Shown piece after piece: positions 33,788 to 44,302 of a DNA stretch of 64,000 nucleotides. The stretch spans positions 65,728 to 129,727 of the forward strand of contig JBFLWQ010000007.1 of NCBI GenBank assembly GCA_040757775.1, given 5' to 3'. The position numbers and the translations under genes were made by a program. Position 1 is the first letter of the stretch; every line of letters begins with the position of its first letter. The notes beneath the pieces are model-generated. The model ran no database searches. It had not been told where the DNA came from and saw only the letters and a program-made list of their open reading frames with translations. The DNA is from Thermodesulfobacteriota bacterium. Its GTDB lineage: Bacteria > Desulfobacterota > UBA8473.

Positions 33788-35689
33788 CTAATTGAAAAAT
33801 TTTTTGATGTCATCTAAATTGTTTGTTATGGGACAATTGGGCAAATTATTGATAAATATTTCTCCGTACTCCCTTGTTAATATACGATTATCCAATATAG
33901 AAATAACCCCTCTGTCTTTTTTGTTTCTAATTAACCTGCCTATTCCCTGTTTCAATGTTATAATGGCCGATGGTAATTGATAATCAAGAAAGGGGGACCC
34001 TCCACTTCTTATGATATTTTCGATTCTGGCTTCAACTACGGGTTCCGAAGGGGAGGCGAAGGGTAACCTATCAATAATAACACAGCTCAGTGCCTCACCC
34101 TGAACATCCACCCCTTCCCAGAAACTATGGGTGGCTAATAATACAGAGTTGACGTCTCTTTTAAATTCCATAAGCAAATGAGACTTTGGCTTTTCCCCCT
34201 GGAGTAAAAGCAAAAAGTCCAGTCGTTCCCTTAACCTTTCATAGACCTCTTTCATGTTCTTATAACTTGTAAATAAAACAAATGCCCTTCCGGAGCTGAT
34301 AGTCAGTATCTTTTCAATCTCCTCAGATATAGCATCAACAAATTTGGATGTATTCGGGTCAGGTATCCCTTTCGGCAGATAGAGAATAGCCTGTCTTTCA
34401 TAATCGAAGTGGGAACTCAGGGATAATTCGTTGATATCCCCATGAAGCCCCAGGCGATTTTTAAAGTAACTAAAACTCTTATTGGTAGAAATCGTAGCAG
34501 AGGTGAAAATGATACATTTGAGGTTGCTGAACAGTCGGGTATTCAGCTCATAGGATACGTCAATGGGTGATGCATGGAGAAATATGCCCTTCCCTCTGTT
34601 TTCACACCAATAGACATACAGGGGGCTTTGAAGGGTAACAATAAAGGTTAATTGGTCTTTTATGTCTGATACCCTTTTGCTGCAAGCCCTGATTTCATCG
34701 GTTTTGTTCTCCAGACTGTTAAGCCTGGCAGAGATCAGATCCAGGCTATTTAAAATCTCGCCAAACTGCTTTAAGGTATTGTCATTAAGAATATCTTCCT
34801 TCAATCGGTATCTCGTTACAGTGCTTCCGAAGCTGTTAAAGAATTTCTCTTGTCTCTGCATTAAAGAATCCAGTCTTTGATTTATCCCTTTATCATTGAT
34901 TTTACCCAATCCCAGCTTTCTCTGAATATCTCTGATCAGCTCTGCAAATCTAAAATTACTTATCATTATACCAAAGTAATTGGTAACCACATCTTCCAGT
35001 TGATGTGCCTCATCGAAGATTACTGCATCGTAGCCGGGTATTATTTCTCCAAAGCCGGACTTCTTTACCGCTAAATCTGCAAAGAAGAGATGGTGGTTTA
35101 CGATAATAATGTCAGCAGCAGCAGCATGTTGTCGCATACGGGTAATAAAACAGGTGTCGAAAGTTTCACACTTTTGTCCTAAGCAAAGGTCACTCTTTGA
35201 ACAGATATCATCCCAGAGGGGATAATCATCAGGCAGATTGTCAATTTCTGAGCGGTCTCCCGTCTCCGTGGTTGTTGCCCATTTTTTGATCTCTTCATGA
35301 TGAGACAAATCTCCATCGAATCTCAGAAAGGGCTGGGCAGTGTATTGCCTGAAACGCCTCAGACAGAGATAGTTATTCCTTCCTTTCATATAGATAGCAT
35401 TGAAATCAACAGGAAGGATCTCTTTTAAGAGAGGGATGTCTTTGAAATAGATTTGCTCCTGGAGGTTCTTTGTCCCAGAAGAGACAATAATCTTTTTGCC
35501 GCTTAAAATAGCAGGGATAAGGTACGCAATAGTCTTGCCAATCCCTGTTTCCGCTTCAACAAGCAGGTATTTATTGTTTTTTAAGGCATCGTTGGTAGCC
35601 TCAGACATCCTTATCTGCTCCGGACGGGACTCATAATTCGCTAACTTTTTAGAGAGGATACCCCAGGGCTCTAAGATTGAAACCGTCAT
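33788..35689 (-). CDS. dinG: DinG/XPD-family Fe-S ATP-dependent DNA helicase
   Basis: Walker A ETGIGKT, DEAH-like FDEAHQLED, and a Cys cluster CLGQKCETFDTC in the helicase-1 insertion. Confidence 0.85.
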   Translation of the reverse strand: MTVSILEPWGILSKKLANYESRPEQIRMSEATNDALKNNKYLLVEAETGIGKTIAYLIPAILSGKKIIVSSGTKNLQEQIYFKDIPLLKEILPVDFNAIYMKGRNNYLCLRRFRQYTAQPFLRFDGDLSHHEEIKKWATTTETGDRSEIDNLPDDYPLWDDICSKSDLCLGQKCETFDTCFITRMRQHAAAADIIIVNHHLFFADLAVKKSGFGEIIPGYDAVIFDEAHQLEDVVTNYFGIMISNFRFAELIRDIQRKLGLGKINDKGINQRLDSLMQRQEKFFNSFGSTVTRYRLKEDILNDNTLKQFGEILNSLDLISARLNSLENKTDEIRACSKRVSDIKDQLTFIVTLQSPLYVYWCENRGKGIFLHASPIDVSYELNTRLFSNLKCIIFTSATISTNKSFSYFKNRLGLHGDINELSLSSHFDYERQAILYLPKGIPDPNTSKFVDAISEEIEKILTISSGRAFVLFTSYKNMKEVYERLRERLDFLLLLQGEKPKSHLLMEFKRDVNSVLLATHSFWEGVDVQGEALSCVIIDRLPFASPSEPVVEARIENIIRSGGSPFLDYQLPSAIITLKQGIGRLIRNKKDRGVISILDNRILTREYGEIFINNLPNCPITNNLDDIKKFFN

Positions 35690-35812
35690 TTATTATGCCT
35701 GACCTTTAATAAAATCTTTGGAATTTAGAGATAATTATGCTACAAATAATCCTAATTGAATTCTTACCTTTGTCAAGTTTTTTCCATTTTAGGCAGGAGT
35801 AGGGAGGGAGCC

Positions 35813-36226
35813 ATGTCAGTAAACAAGGTAATACTAATTGGAAGATTGGGAGCCGACCCGGAAGTAAGATATACCAGCGACGGGACGGCTGTAGCTACTT
35901 TCCGCATAGCCACCACTAAGAGATGGTCCAATCAACAGGGGGAAAAGGAAGAGAAAACGGAGTGGCACCGTATCGTAGCATGGAGAAGACTGGGAGAGAT
36001 ATGCGGGGAATACCTGTCAAAAGGCAAGCAGGTTTATATTGAAGGCGAGTTGCAGACCCGTTCATGGGAAGATAAAGACGGCAACAAGAGATGGGCAACC
36101 GAAGTTGTTGCTTCCAACATGCAGATGTTAGGAAGCCCTGCTGACCAGGATAGAACCAGGAAGGATTTTGAGGGGAGTCCTAAACAGGATGCGGGTTTTG
36201 ATACTGAGGATGATATACCTTTTTAA
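35813..36226 (+). CDS. ssb: Single-stranded DNA-binding protein
   Basis: [22 protein letters not shown]-fold start, acidic C-terminal DDIPF tail, GGGAGGG SD. Confidence 0.95.
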   Translation: MSVNKVILIGRLGADPEVRYTSDGTAVATFRIATTKRWSNQQGEKEEKTEWHRIVAWRRLGEICGEYLSKGKQVYIEGELQTRSWEDKDGNKRWATEVVASNMQMLGSPADQDRTRKDFEGSPKQDAGFDTEDDIPF

Positions 36227-36381
36227 GTTGATCTGTTGACTGTTCACCGACGCAGTATTGTTAATTTTTTGGAATTAAAGCGGTACATTTAGTTAAATTT
36301 TGCAATAATTTTAATAATTGCCTGCCTTTGTGTTTTCTATCTGATGGTGTTCGCACATACGAAGGCATTTGTGAATTGGTA

Positions 36382-39033
36382 ATGACTGGCAGTGAAATAA
36401 GACAAAGATTTTTGAAGTACTTTGAGAAAAAGGGACATGCGATAGTCGGCAGCTCCTCATTGATCCCCAAACAGGACCCGACCCTGCTCTTTACCAACGC
36501 GGGTATGGTTCAGTTTAAAGGGGTGTTTTTGGGGGAAGAGAAGATGGAATACCCCCGGGCAGTAACATCTCAAAAATGTGTTCGTGCAGGAGGCAAACAC
36601 AATGATCTGGAAAACGTAGGAGTAACCGCCCGCCATCATACCTTCTTTGAAATGTTAGGCAACTTTTCTTTTGGTGATTATTTTAAGGAAGAGGCCATTG
36701 ATATGAGCTGGGAGTTCCTGACCGGGGAATTGGGTCTTCCTCATGATGAGATGTGGATTACCGTGTTTAAGGATGATGATGAGGCTTCTGATATCTGGAG
36801 AGCTAGGGTTGGGGTACCAGATAGTAAGATTGTCAGGATGGGAGAAGAAGATAACTTCTGGGCAATGGGAGAGACGGGCCCCTGTGGTCCTTGTTCAGAG
36901 ATCCTGATAGACCAGGGAGAGGGTGTGGGATGTGGAAAATCCACCTGTAAGGTGGGGTGTGATTGTGATAGATTCTTGGAGCTATGGAATTTAGTATTCA
37001 TGCAATTTGACCGCAACTCAGAGGGAATATTGACTCCTCTTCCCAAGCCCAGCATTGATACAGGTATGGGACTGGAGAGGATAAGTGCTGTTGTTCAGGG
37101 GGTAAAGACCAACTATGACACCGACCTGTTTAAGGCATTGATTGGCATTGTGGAAGGACTTTCTGGCAGAAAATATGGTGACAACGAGAGGGATGATATT
37201 TCCATAAAGGTTATAGTAGATCATAGCCGGGCTATAACCTTCCTCATAGGGGACGGGGTACTACCTTCCAATGAGGGCAGAGGATATGTTCTCAGGCGTA
37301 TTATGAGGAGGGCTGCCCGTCATGGGAAGCTGCTTGGTCTGGATAAACCCTTCTTGTATAAGGTCTCAGGTACTGTGGTGGATGTTATGAGGGAGGCTTA
37401 TCCTGAACTTGCAGATGCAAGGAATTACATAGCCAAACTCACCCATAATGAAGAAGAACATTTCTCCCAAACCCTGAATAGCGGTCTTGCTATATTGAAT
37501 GAAGAAATGGAAAGGTTAAGAGGCAGTGAGGAGAAACAAATTCCAGGCCATTTGCTTTTTAAACTCTACGATACTTACGGATTCCCGGCAGATCTGGCAT
37601 ATGAGGCGGCGAAGGATGCAGGATTTGTCCTAGATGAAAAAGGCTTTCAAAGTGCCATGAATGAACAGAGGCAAAGGGCAAAAGAATCCTGGAAGGGATC
37701 GGGAGAAGAAGAGATTTCTGAGATATATAAAAAGCTTGTCAAGAATAAGATTGAATCTTCCTTCTCCGGCTATGAAAGCAAAGGCTTCGACATATCAGGC
37801 TCCGTGTTGGCCATTATTAAGGATGGCAGGGAAGTGGAATCCGCCTATGAGGGGGATTATATTGAAGTTGTGACAAAACACACCCCTTTTTATGGGGAAT
37901 CAGGGGGACAGATTGGGGATACCGGGGCAATCATAAACGATGTCCTTTTTTTTGAAGTAGAGGATACTTTGAGGCCCCTGCCAAATTTAATTGTTCATAG
38001 AGGTAAAATCAAAAAGGGTTCCGTTAAGAAGGATGACAGGGTATCTTTTAATCTTAATAAAGATAGGCGACAAAAGATTGCCCTCAATCACACAGCGACC
38101 CACCTACTCCACACTGCCTTACGGGAGGTAATGGGAGACCATGTGAAACAGTCAGGATCTCTTGTCGCTCCCGAAAGGCTTCGATTTGACTTTACTCACT
38201 TCTCTCAACTAACTAAGAGAGAGCTTCTTAGGATAGAGGAACTTGTCAACCAAAAGATTAGGGAAAACGTAGAGGTTGAAACCCATGTGATGCCAGTAAC
38301 GAAGGCTTTAGAGAGCGGGGCTATAGCCCTTTTCGGGGAGAAATACAGCGGTGAGGTAAGGGTTGTAAACATACATGGTTATAGCAAAGAGCTCTGCGGG
38401 GGTACCCATACAAGGCGCACAGGGGATATTGGTATTTTTAAGATAATCAATGAGTCCGGTGTTGCCGCTGGTGTGAGGAGAATAGAAGCATTAACAGGTG
38501 AGGAGGCATTAGGGCATATAAACAAGGAAGAAGATACATTAAAAGAAGTCGGATTAATCCTGAAAGTCAGGAAAGATGAGATAATCGACAAATTAGAGAA
38601 GCTGCTCCGGCATAACAAAAATCTGGAGAAGGAAATAGAGTCTCTTCAAGGCAGATTCGCAAGCAGGCAATCAGAAGACCTGTTAGATCTGGTTAAGGAT
38701 GTTGAAGGGATTAGGGTATTGTCTGCAAAGGTAAATATAGATAACCCAAAAGGCTTAAGGGAGTTGGCTGATAAATTGAAATGTCGGTTGAAATCAGGAA
38801 TCATCCTCCTTGCCGGGCAAAAGGATAAAGATGTCATGTTAGTTCTTGTGGTTACAAAGGATATTACCAATAGATTTGATGCAGGCAGCATAATGAAAGA
38901 GATTGCCAAAATGGTTGGTGGTAGTGGTGGTGGTAGACCAGATATGGCTCAGGCCGGGGGAAACAAACTAAAAGGTCTCGATAAAGCACTGGGGAGTATT
39001 TATGAGATAGTTAAGAAAACTGTTTCTACCTGA
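36382..39033 (+). CDS. alaS: Alanine--tRNA ligase
   Basis: MTGSEIRQRFLKYFEKKGH, the class II core, the HxxxH...CGGTH editing domain, and the C-terminal GGG...DMAQAGG motif. Confidence 0.97.
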   Translation: MTGSEIRQRFLKYFEKKGHAIVGSSSLIPKQDPTLLFTNAGMVQFKGVFLGEEKMEYPRAVTSQKCVRAGGKHNDLENVGVTARHHTFFEMLGNFSFGDYFKEEAIDMSWEFLTGELGLPHDEMWITVFKDDDEASDIWRARVGVPDSKIVRMGEEDNFWAMGETGPCGPCSEILIDQGEGVGCGKSTCKVGCDCDRFLELWNLVFMQFDRNSEGILTPLPKPSIDTGMGLERISAVVQGVKTNYDTDLFKALIGIVEGLSGRKYGDNERDDISIKVIVDHSRAITFLIGDGVLPSNEGRGYVLRRIMRRAARHGKLLGLDKPFLYKVSGTVVDVMREAYPELADARNYIAKLTHNEEEHFSQTLNSGLAILNEEMERLRGSEEKQIPGHLLFKLYDTYGFPADLAYEAAKDAGFVLDEKGFQSAMNEQRQRAKESWKGSGEEEISEIYKKLVKNKIESSFSGYESKGFDISGSVLAIIKDGREVESAYEGDYIEVVTKHTPFYGESGGQIGDTGAIINDVLFFEVEDTLRPLPNLIVHRGKIKKGSVKKDDRVSFNLNKDRRQKIALNHTATHLLHTALREVMGDHVKQSGSLVAPERLRFDFTHFSQLTKRELLRIEELVNQKIRENVEVETHVMPVTKALESGAIALFGEKYSGEVRVVNIHGYSKELCGGTHTRRTGDIGIFKIINESGVAAGVRRIEALTGEEALGHINKEEDTLKEVGLILKVRKDEIIDKLEKLLRHNKNLEKEIESLQGRFASRQSEDLLDLVKDVEGIRVLSAKVNIDNPKGLRELADKLKCRLKSGIILLAGQKDKDVMLVLVVTKDITNRFDAGSIMKEIAKMVGGSGGGRPDMAQAGGNKLKGLDKALGSIYEIVKKTVST

Positions 39034-39784
39034 GCTTTGCCAAAAGCTTCTTGGCTTTACTGTAATGCTCACTATTGGGGTAGTTTTCTACCAGATGAGT
39101 AAGCGCAGTTTTTGCTTTTTCTTTCTCCTCTAAGGACAGATAGGACTCTCCAATATAGAAGTATACCTTGTCTTTAATGCTGGATTTAGGAAAATTTTCC
39201 AAAATTCCATTGAGCCTGTAGAGGGCTGATTTGTACTTCTTTCTTTTAAAATAGAGATGCCCCACATAAAACTCACGCTGTGCCAACTTCTCTTTACATA
39301 TTTCCAGTTCCTTCTGAGCTGAGCTTGCATAAGTGGTGGAAGGGTACCTGGAGATAAGATATTCAAATTGTTTGACAGCGTTTTCAGTGAATGTCTGATC
39401 CCTGTCTATGGGTAGAGTCTGTTTAAAATAAGACATGCCAGTCTGATATATGACGTAAGGGATAACGGGATTGGTGGGATGAAGTTTTCTGAAATCTTCA
39501 TAATGAGCTATTGCCTCACCGTATTCCTTTTCGTGATAATAGGAGTCAGCTATCCTCAGCTCTGCTACAATGGAATATTTACTTAAAGGGTAATTGTCTC
39601 TCAGTTCCTCAAATGCCTCCCGTGCTTTTCTGTATTTTTCCTCTTGATAGTAAGTAAAAGCTTGATTAAACAACCCCTCAACGGTATTAACTTTCCTTTC
39701 TTTTGTCCAAAAACAGCTGGTTATCGATAATGATAGGGATAAGAACACGAACAAAAGGAGCCGTTTTCCAATTAATGCCTTCAT
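39026..39784 (-). CDS. bamD: TPR-repeat outer-membrane assembly lipoprotein (BamD/YfiO-like)
   Basis: Lipobox SITSC after a signal peptide, followed by TPR repeats throughout. Confidence 0.7.
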   Translation of the reverse strand: MKALIGKRLLLFVFLSLSLSITSCFWTKERKVNTVEGLFNQAFTYYQEEKYRKAREAFEELRDNYPLSKYSIVAELRIADSYYHEKEYGEAIAHYEDFRKLHPTNPVIPYVIYQTGMSYFKQTLPIDRDQTFTENAVKQFEYLISRYPSTTYASSAQKELEICKEKLAQREFYVGHLYFKRKKYKSALYRLNGILENFPKSSIKDKVYFYIGESYLSLEEKEKAKTALTHLVENYPNSEHYSKAKKLLAKLR

Positions 39785-40092
39785 GAATCTCCCTTCCTCC
39801 ACCCAGTCTTTAGTCTGTCAATTAATCCAATGGGGTTTTATTGTATATATAGTTTGTTTGTAATAAAGTCAATACTAATTAAAGTTCATCCTGAAAAGTG
39901 AAAAAATTCCATTTGAAGCGAGCATCTGCCTGTGCTTTACCTGCCTGCTGCACCGGCGGGGCAGGCACACTCACAGGTAAACAAAGTTTTTTATTCAAGG
40001 CTCAATGGATGGTTATGGGGGTATTAAGTTTGCAACTAATCGAAAATACAGGCAAATTAATTTATTGAAATTTTAACTGCCGCCAGATTCTG

Positions 40093-40120
40093 ATTGACAA
40101 AAATATTTATAGGTTTAGAA
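40093..40120 (+). promoter_or_regulatory. Candidate sigma-70 promoter upstream of the acyltransferase gene
   Basis: TTGACA-16 nt-TAGAAT. Confidence 0.4.
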
Positions 40121-40284
40121 TTTCTACAAAATATAAACGCAGTTTAATTGTCGTTATGCAGAAAATAAATGTCTGCCCTTCTAAAGAGGGAAAAGGACTC
40201 TGATCGGAAAACTAATTCTCTGCCAAAGGGCTTTTTCTACGGGCTCGTTAAGTATTAATCAATGTTGAAGGAGAGAAAGAGATA

Positions 40285-41172
40285 ATGCTGAGTTTCTTGC
40301 CAGGTTTAGTTCGTGGGGTTTTGTCGATCTTAATGTATTTTATCAATACGGTTTTGGTTCCGATTCAGCTGGTTCCGCTAGCGCTTTTAAAACTGATTGT
40401 GCCTATCAATGCCTGGCGTAAGCTCTGTAACAGAATGCTGAACGGCATTGCCGGCAATTGGGTTTCTTTAAACAAGCTCAATCTACGGCTCATGAATAAA
40501 ATTAACTGGGATGTAAGCGGTGTTGAAGACCTGAAACCCAATGAATGGTATCTTGTTGTAGCCAATCATCAGTCGTGGGTTGATATCCTCATTTTGCAAA
40601 ATATATTTCACCGCAAGATCCCGTTCCTGAAATTCTTTGCGAAGAAACAAATGATCTGGGTACCGCTTGTCGGACTTGCCTGCTGGGCATTGGATTTCCC
40701 ATTCATGAGACGTTATTCTGAGGACTACCTTCAAAAGCGCCCACATCTAAGGGGCAAGGATATGGAAATAACCCGGAGAGCCTGCGAAAAGTTCAAAACG
40801 ATCCCTGTGTCCGTTATGAACTTTCTGGAAGGGACTCGCTTCACGGCAGAAAAACATCGAAAACAACAATCGCCGTATACCAACCTGTTAAAACCCAGGG
40901 CTGGAGGCATTGCTTTTGTGCTTGCTGCCATGGGGGAGCAGCTGCATCGCATCTTAGATGTAACCATCGTGTATCCACAAAATACTAAGAGCCTCTGGGC
41001 ATTTCTCTGCGGCAAAGTCGATGAAATTAAAGTAAGGGTTCAATCATTCCCAATTCGTAAAGAAACAATAGGGGATTATTCCCAAGACATGGAATTCCGC
41101 AAACTATTCCAGAACTGGCTAAATACATTTTGGGCTGAAAAAGACAAATGTATAAACGCCTTGCTTCATTAG
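40285..41172 (+). CDS. Lysophospholipid (PlsC-family) acyltransferase
   Basis: HX4D motif VANHQSWVDILIL and FLEGTRF. Confidence 0.75.
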   Translation: MLSFLPGLVRGVLSILMYFINTVLVPIQLVPLALLKLIVPINAWRKLCNRMLNGIAGNWVSLNKLNLRLMNKINWDVSGVEDLKPNEWYLVVANHQSWVDILILQNIFHRKIPFLKFFAKKQMIWVPLVGLACWALDFPFMRRYSEDYLQKRPHLRGKDMEITRRACEKFKTIPVSVMNFLEGTRFTAEKHRKQQSPYTNLLKPRAGGIAFVLAAMGEQLHRILDVTIVYPQNTKSLWAFLCGKVDEIKVRVQSFPIRKETIGDYSQDMEFRKLFQNWLNTFWAEKDKCINALLH

Positions 41173-41401
41173 CCTCTGAATCATGTCCTGAAATTGCCGC
41201 CCGTCGAGGCTTTCCACAGAAGAAAGAAAAAGATGCCTCAAATTCTATATGCCGAAATATCTCAAGTATGATTGTAGCTATTCCGCGAGGTTTTTGGAGT
41301 ACCAAATTTAACCTTGCTTTTTCACTGATTTTAGGCTATAAAAGATGCCAATAAGAAGGCTTGTTTGGTTTCAAAAACCTTAATAATACCAATGAGATAT
41401 C

Positions 41402-41977
41402 TTGATGAAACCCTGTCGTTCTGCTCAAGCGTGTGTAGTCATTATACTACTGATCATTCTTTTTCTCCCAGCGAATGCCCTTTGTAAAAAAGCAAGAATT
41501 AAAGATGTAATTGTAACTAACACACCTAAGGACCTTCTGATCTATTTCTCTGTGGAAGGCTGTTTTACCAAAAAAATGGAAGAGGCAATCCTCAATGGTA
41601 TCTCAACTACCTTTACGTTTTTTATTGATTTATATCACCCTCGTAGTTTCTGGTTTGATAAAACCCTTGCAACGATTACTGTTAGACACACTATTGTTTA
41701 TAATAACCTTAGGAATGAATTCATAGTTACTCTCAATTCAAAAGATAAAAAAGAGTTAATTTTAAAAGACTTTTTAGAAGCCAAAAAGGCAATGGCAGAG
41801 GTGGATGGGATTACTGTTATACCTATGAGTTCTTTAAAAAAGAACAATAAATATTATGTGAGGATAAAGGCAAAACTGGACACTATAAGACTTCCATTTT
41901 TTCTCGATTATGTGTTATTCTTTGTTTCTCTGTGGGACTTTGAGACCGACTGGTATACTGAGTCGTTTATTTATTGA
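41402..41977 (+). CDS. DUF4390-like secreted protein preceding a two-component system
   Basis: Signal peptide, about 190 aa, directly upstream of the NtrY-like kinase. The family assignment is from memory. Confidence 0.5.
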   Translation: MMKPCRSAQACVVIILLIILFLPANALCKKARIKDVIVTNTPKDLLIYFSVEGCFTKKMEEAILNGISTTFTFFIDLYHPRSFWFDKTLATITVRHTIVYNNLRNEFIVTLNSKDKKELILKDFLEAKKAMAEVDGITVIPMSSLKKNNKYYVRIKAKLDTIRLPFFLDYVLFFVSLWDFETDWYTESFIY

Positions 41978-42061
41978 GAAATAATGTAACTATTCAGGTT
42001 CAAAGTTCCAAGATTCACGGCTCAAGGTTAGAGAGTGATGAAATAAACCTAGGGTGAGCAA

Positions 42062-44293
42062 ATGGTAAATAGAGATTCTTCAAGGATTAACATTCAGGAA
42101 TTGAAAAGGCGAAAACGCGAACGTTATATAATTTTGTTTACAACCGTTCTGGTTATCTTCCTTACATTTCTGGGAATATACTCATCAAAAATAAGCAATC
42201 AACTTCCCATTGCCAATAATATATTGGTCTTCGGGTTAATAAATATAAATGTGATTTTGCTGCTCCTTATAGCTTTTCTGGTTGTAAGGAACATTGTAAA
42301 ACTGGTTTTCGAAAGAAAGAAAAACATACTCGGTTCGAAACTGCGCACCAAATTTGTTGTAGCCTTCGTTAGTCTGTCTATCGTCCCAACTGTTCTATTG
42401 TTTTTTGTGGCAGCCGGGTTCATAACCAACAGCATTGAAAACTGGTTTAGTATTCAAGTTGAAAACTCTCTTCAAGAGTCTCTTACAGTCGCGCAGGCAT
42501 ATTATCAGAATTCTGGGAATAACGCCGTATATTATGCAAAACAGATAAGTCAGGGTATAGCAGAAAATAGACTTTTAGCCCGGGGAGAACAGGAGTCTCT
42601 GGGGAGGTTTATCAAATCCAAACTGGGTCAATACAACCTGGGAGCAATAGAGGTGTTTTCAGACAAAAAAGAAGGGTTGGCAAAGGCAGTTAATAATGAA
42701 ATACCTTTTGAAAATTTCCCTATGGAAGACTCAAAACTGGTACAGGAAGGATTGAAAGGAGAGAGTACTACCAAGATTCAATCAGCAGGTAAGGGGGAAC
42801 TGATCAGAGGGGTAGTCCCTGTCTATCTTGCAGGGAAAGATGAAAAACCTGTCGGAGTGGTAATAGTAAATTATTTTGTGCCTCTGAGCCTGGTTGCTAA
42901 AATGGCAGAGATATCTTCAACCTTTGCAGAATATAAACAGCTTAAAATGCTAAAAAATCCTATCAAGACAAGTTACTTTATAACCCTCTCAATAGTTACT
43001 CTACTTATAATATTTTCAGCTATATGGTTTGGTTTTTACCTGGCAAAAGAGATTACAGTGCCAGTCCAAAAATTAGCAAATGGGATACACGAGGTTGCGA
43101 ATGGGAATCTGGACCTGCATATAGAAGCTGGCACCGATGATGAGATTGGAAGTTTAATGAACTCGTTTAACAAGATGACGCTTGATCTCAAGGCCAGTAA
43201 ATCAATGCTTGAAGAAGCAAATATTGGATTGAAAAACACCAATATAGAACTTGATCAACGTAGAATATACATGGAGATACTATTAAAAAATGTAGGCGCT
43301 GGTGTTATTTCTATTGACAAGGAAGACAGGGTTAGTACCATAAACAAATCGGCAGAAAAGATGTTTGGAATAAAGGCTGAACGTGCAATAAACAGACCAT
43401 ATAATGAGGTGTTTGCTTCCGAATATCTGAATGAGGTGAAAAAACTGTTGGAAGAGGTAACTGGCTCTATCGGCGGGACTATTAAGAGACAGATAAGATT
43501 GTCTTTGCCAGAGGAAACCTTGACTTTACTGATAAGTGTTGCTGTGCTAAAAGATGAGGATAGAAACTATATGGGGTTGGTGGTGGTCTTTGATGATTTG
43601 ACCCGACTACAAAAAGCACAAAGAGCAGAAGCATGGCGGGAGGTGGCTCGGCGCATAGCCCATGAGATTAAGAATCCCCTTACCCCTATAAAACTCTCTG
43701 CCCAGCGATTAAGGAAAAGGTATTTAAATAAATTTTCTGAGAATGGTAAGGTTTTTGATGAATGCACAAAGACAATAATTGACCAAGTGGAAGACTTAAA
43801 AGGCTTGGTAAATGAGTTTTCGAATTTTGCCCGCTTGCCCTCAACCAACCTTTACCCAAATGATATAAATAAGATAATTAAAGATACCCTGGTTCTGTAT
43901 CAGGAAGCCCATAGTAATATAAAATTTGAATTTAAAGAGGGTAAGCATGTTCCGATCTTTGATATGGACAGAGAACAGATTAGAAGAGTAATAATTAACC
44001 TACTGGATAATTCTGTTGATTCTATTGAAAAAAAGGGAACGGTTGTCATAGAGACATTTTATGATGATGCCCTTCAGGTAGCCAGGATAGAAATTGCTGA
44101 TACCGGTTGTGGAATTCCTCAAGAGGAAAAGTCAAGACTATTTGAACCTTATTTTTCTACAAAGAAGTCAGGAACTGGATTAGGTTTATCGATAGTCAAT
44201 ACGATAGTTTCTGACCATAACGGGTATATAAGGGTAAAAGAAAACTACCCTAAGGGATCAAGGTTTATAGTTGAGTTGCCAATTAGGGTTTAA
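42062..44293 (+). CDS. NtrY-like sensor histidine kinase (TM-HAMP-PAS-HisKA-HATPase)
   Basis: H-box HEIKNPLTPIKLSAQRL and G-box GTGLGLSIV. Confidence 0.85.
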   Translation: MVNRDSSRINIQELKRRKRERYIILFTTVLVIFLTFLGIYSSKISNQLPIANNILVFGLININVILLLLIAFLVVRNIVKLVFERKKNILGSKLRTKFVVAFVSLSIVPTVLLFFVAAGFITNSIENWFSIQVENSLQESLTVAQAYYQNSGNNAVYYAKQISQGIAENRLLARGEQESLGRFIKSKLGQYNLGAIEVFSDKKEGLAKAVNNEIPFENFPMEDSKLVQEGLKGESTTKIQSAGKGELIRGVVPVYLAGKDEKPVGVVIVNYFVPLSLVAKMAEISSTFAEYKQLKMLKNPIKTSYFITLSIVTLLIIFSAIWFGFYLAKEITVPVQKLANGIHEVANGNLDLHIEAGTDDEIGSLMNSFNKMTLDLKASKSMLEEANIGLKNTNIELDQRRIYMEILLKNVGAGVISIDKEDRVSTINKSAEKMFGIKAERAINRPYNEVFASEYLNEVKKLLEEVTGSIGGTIKRQIRLSLPEETLTLLISVAVLKDEDRNYMGLVVVFDDLTRLQKAQRAEAWREVARRIAHEIKNPLTPIKLSAQRLRKRYLNKFSENGKVFDECTKTIIDQVEDLKGLVNEFSNFARLPSTNLYPNDINKIIKDTLVLYQEAHSNIKFEFKEGKHVPIFDMDREQIRRVIINLLDNSVDSIEKKGTVVIETFYDDALQVARIEIADTGCGIPQEEKSRLFEPYFSTKKSGTGLGLSIVNTIVSDHNGYIRVKENYPKGSRFIVELPIRV

Positions 44294-44302
44294 AAAAAGG
44301 AT

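Noticed and set aside
39930-39990. Nested GC-rich hairpin (CCTGTG...TGCCTGC...GCAGGCA...CACAGG) upstream of the bamD-like gene
   Set aside because: It may be a regulatory structure or a terminator, but it has no U-tract and no comparison is possible, so it is left unannotated.
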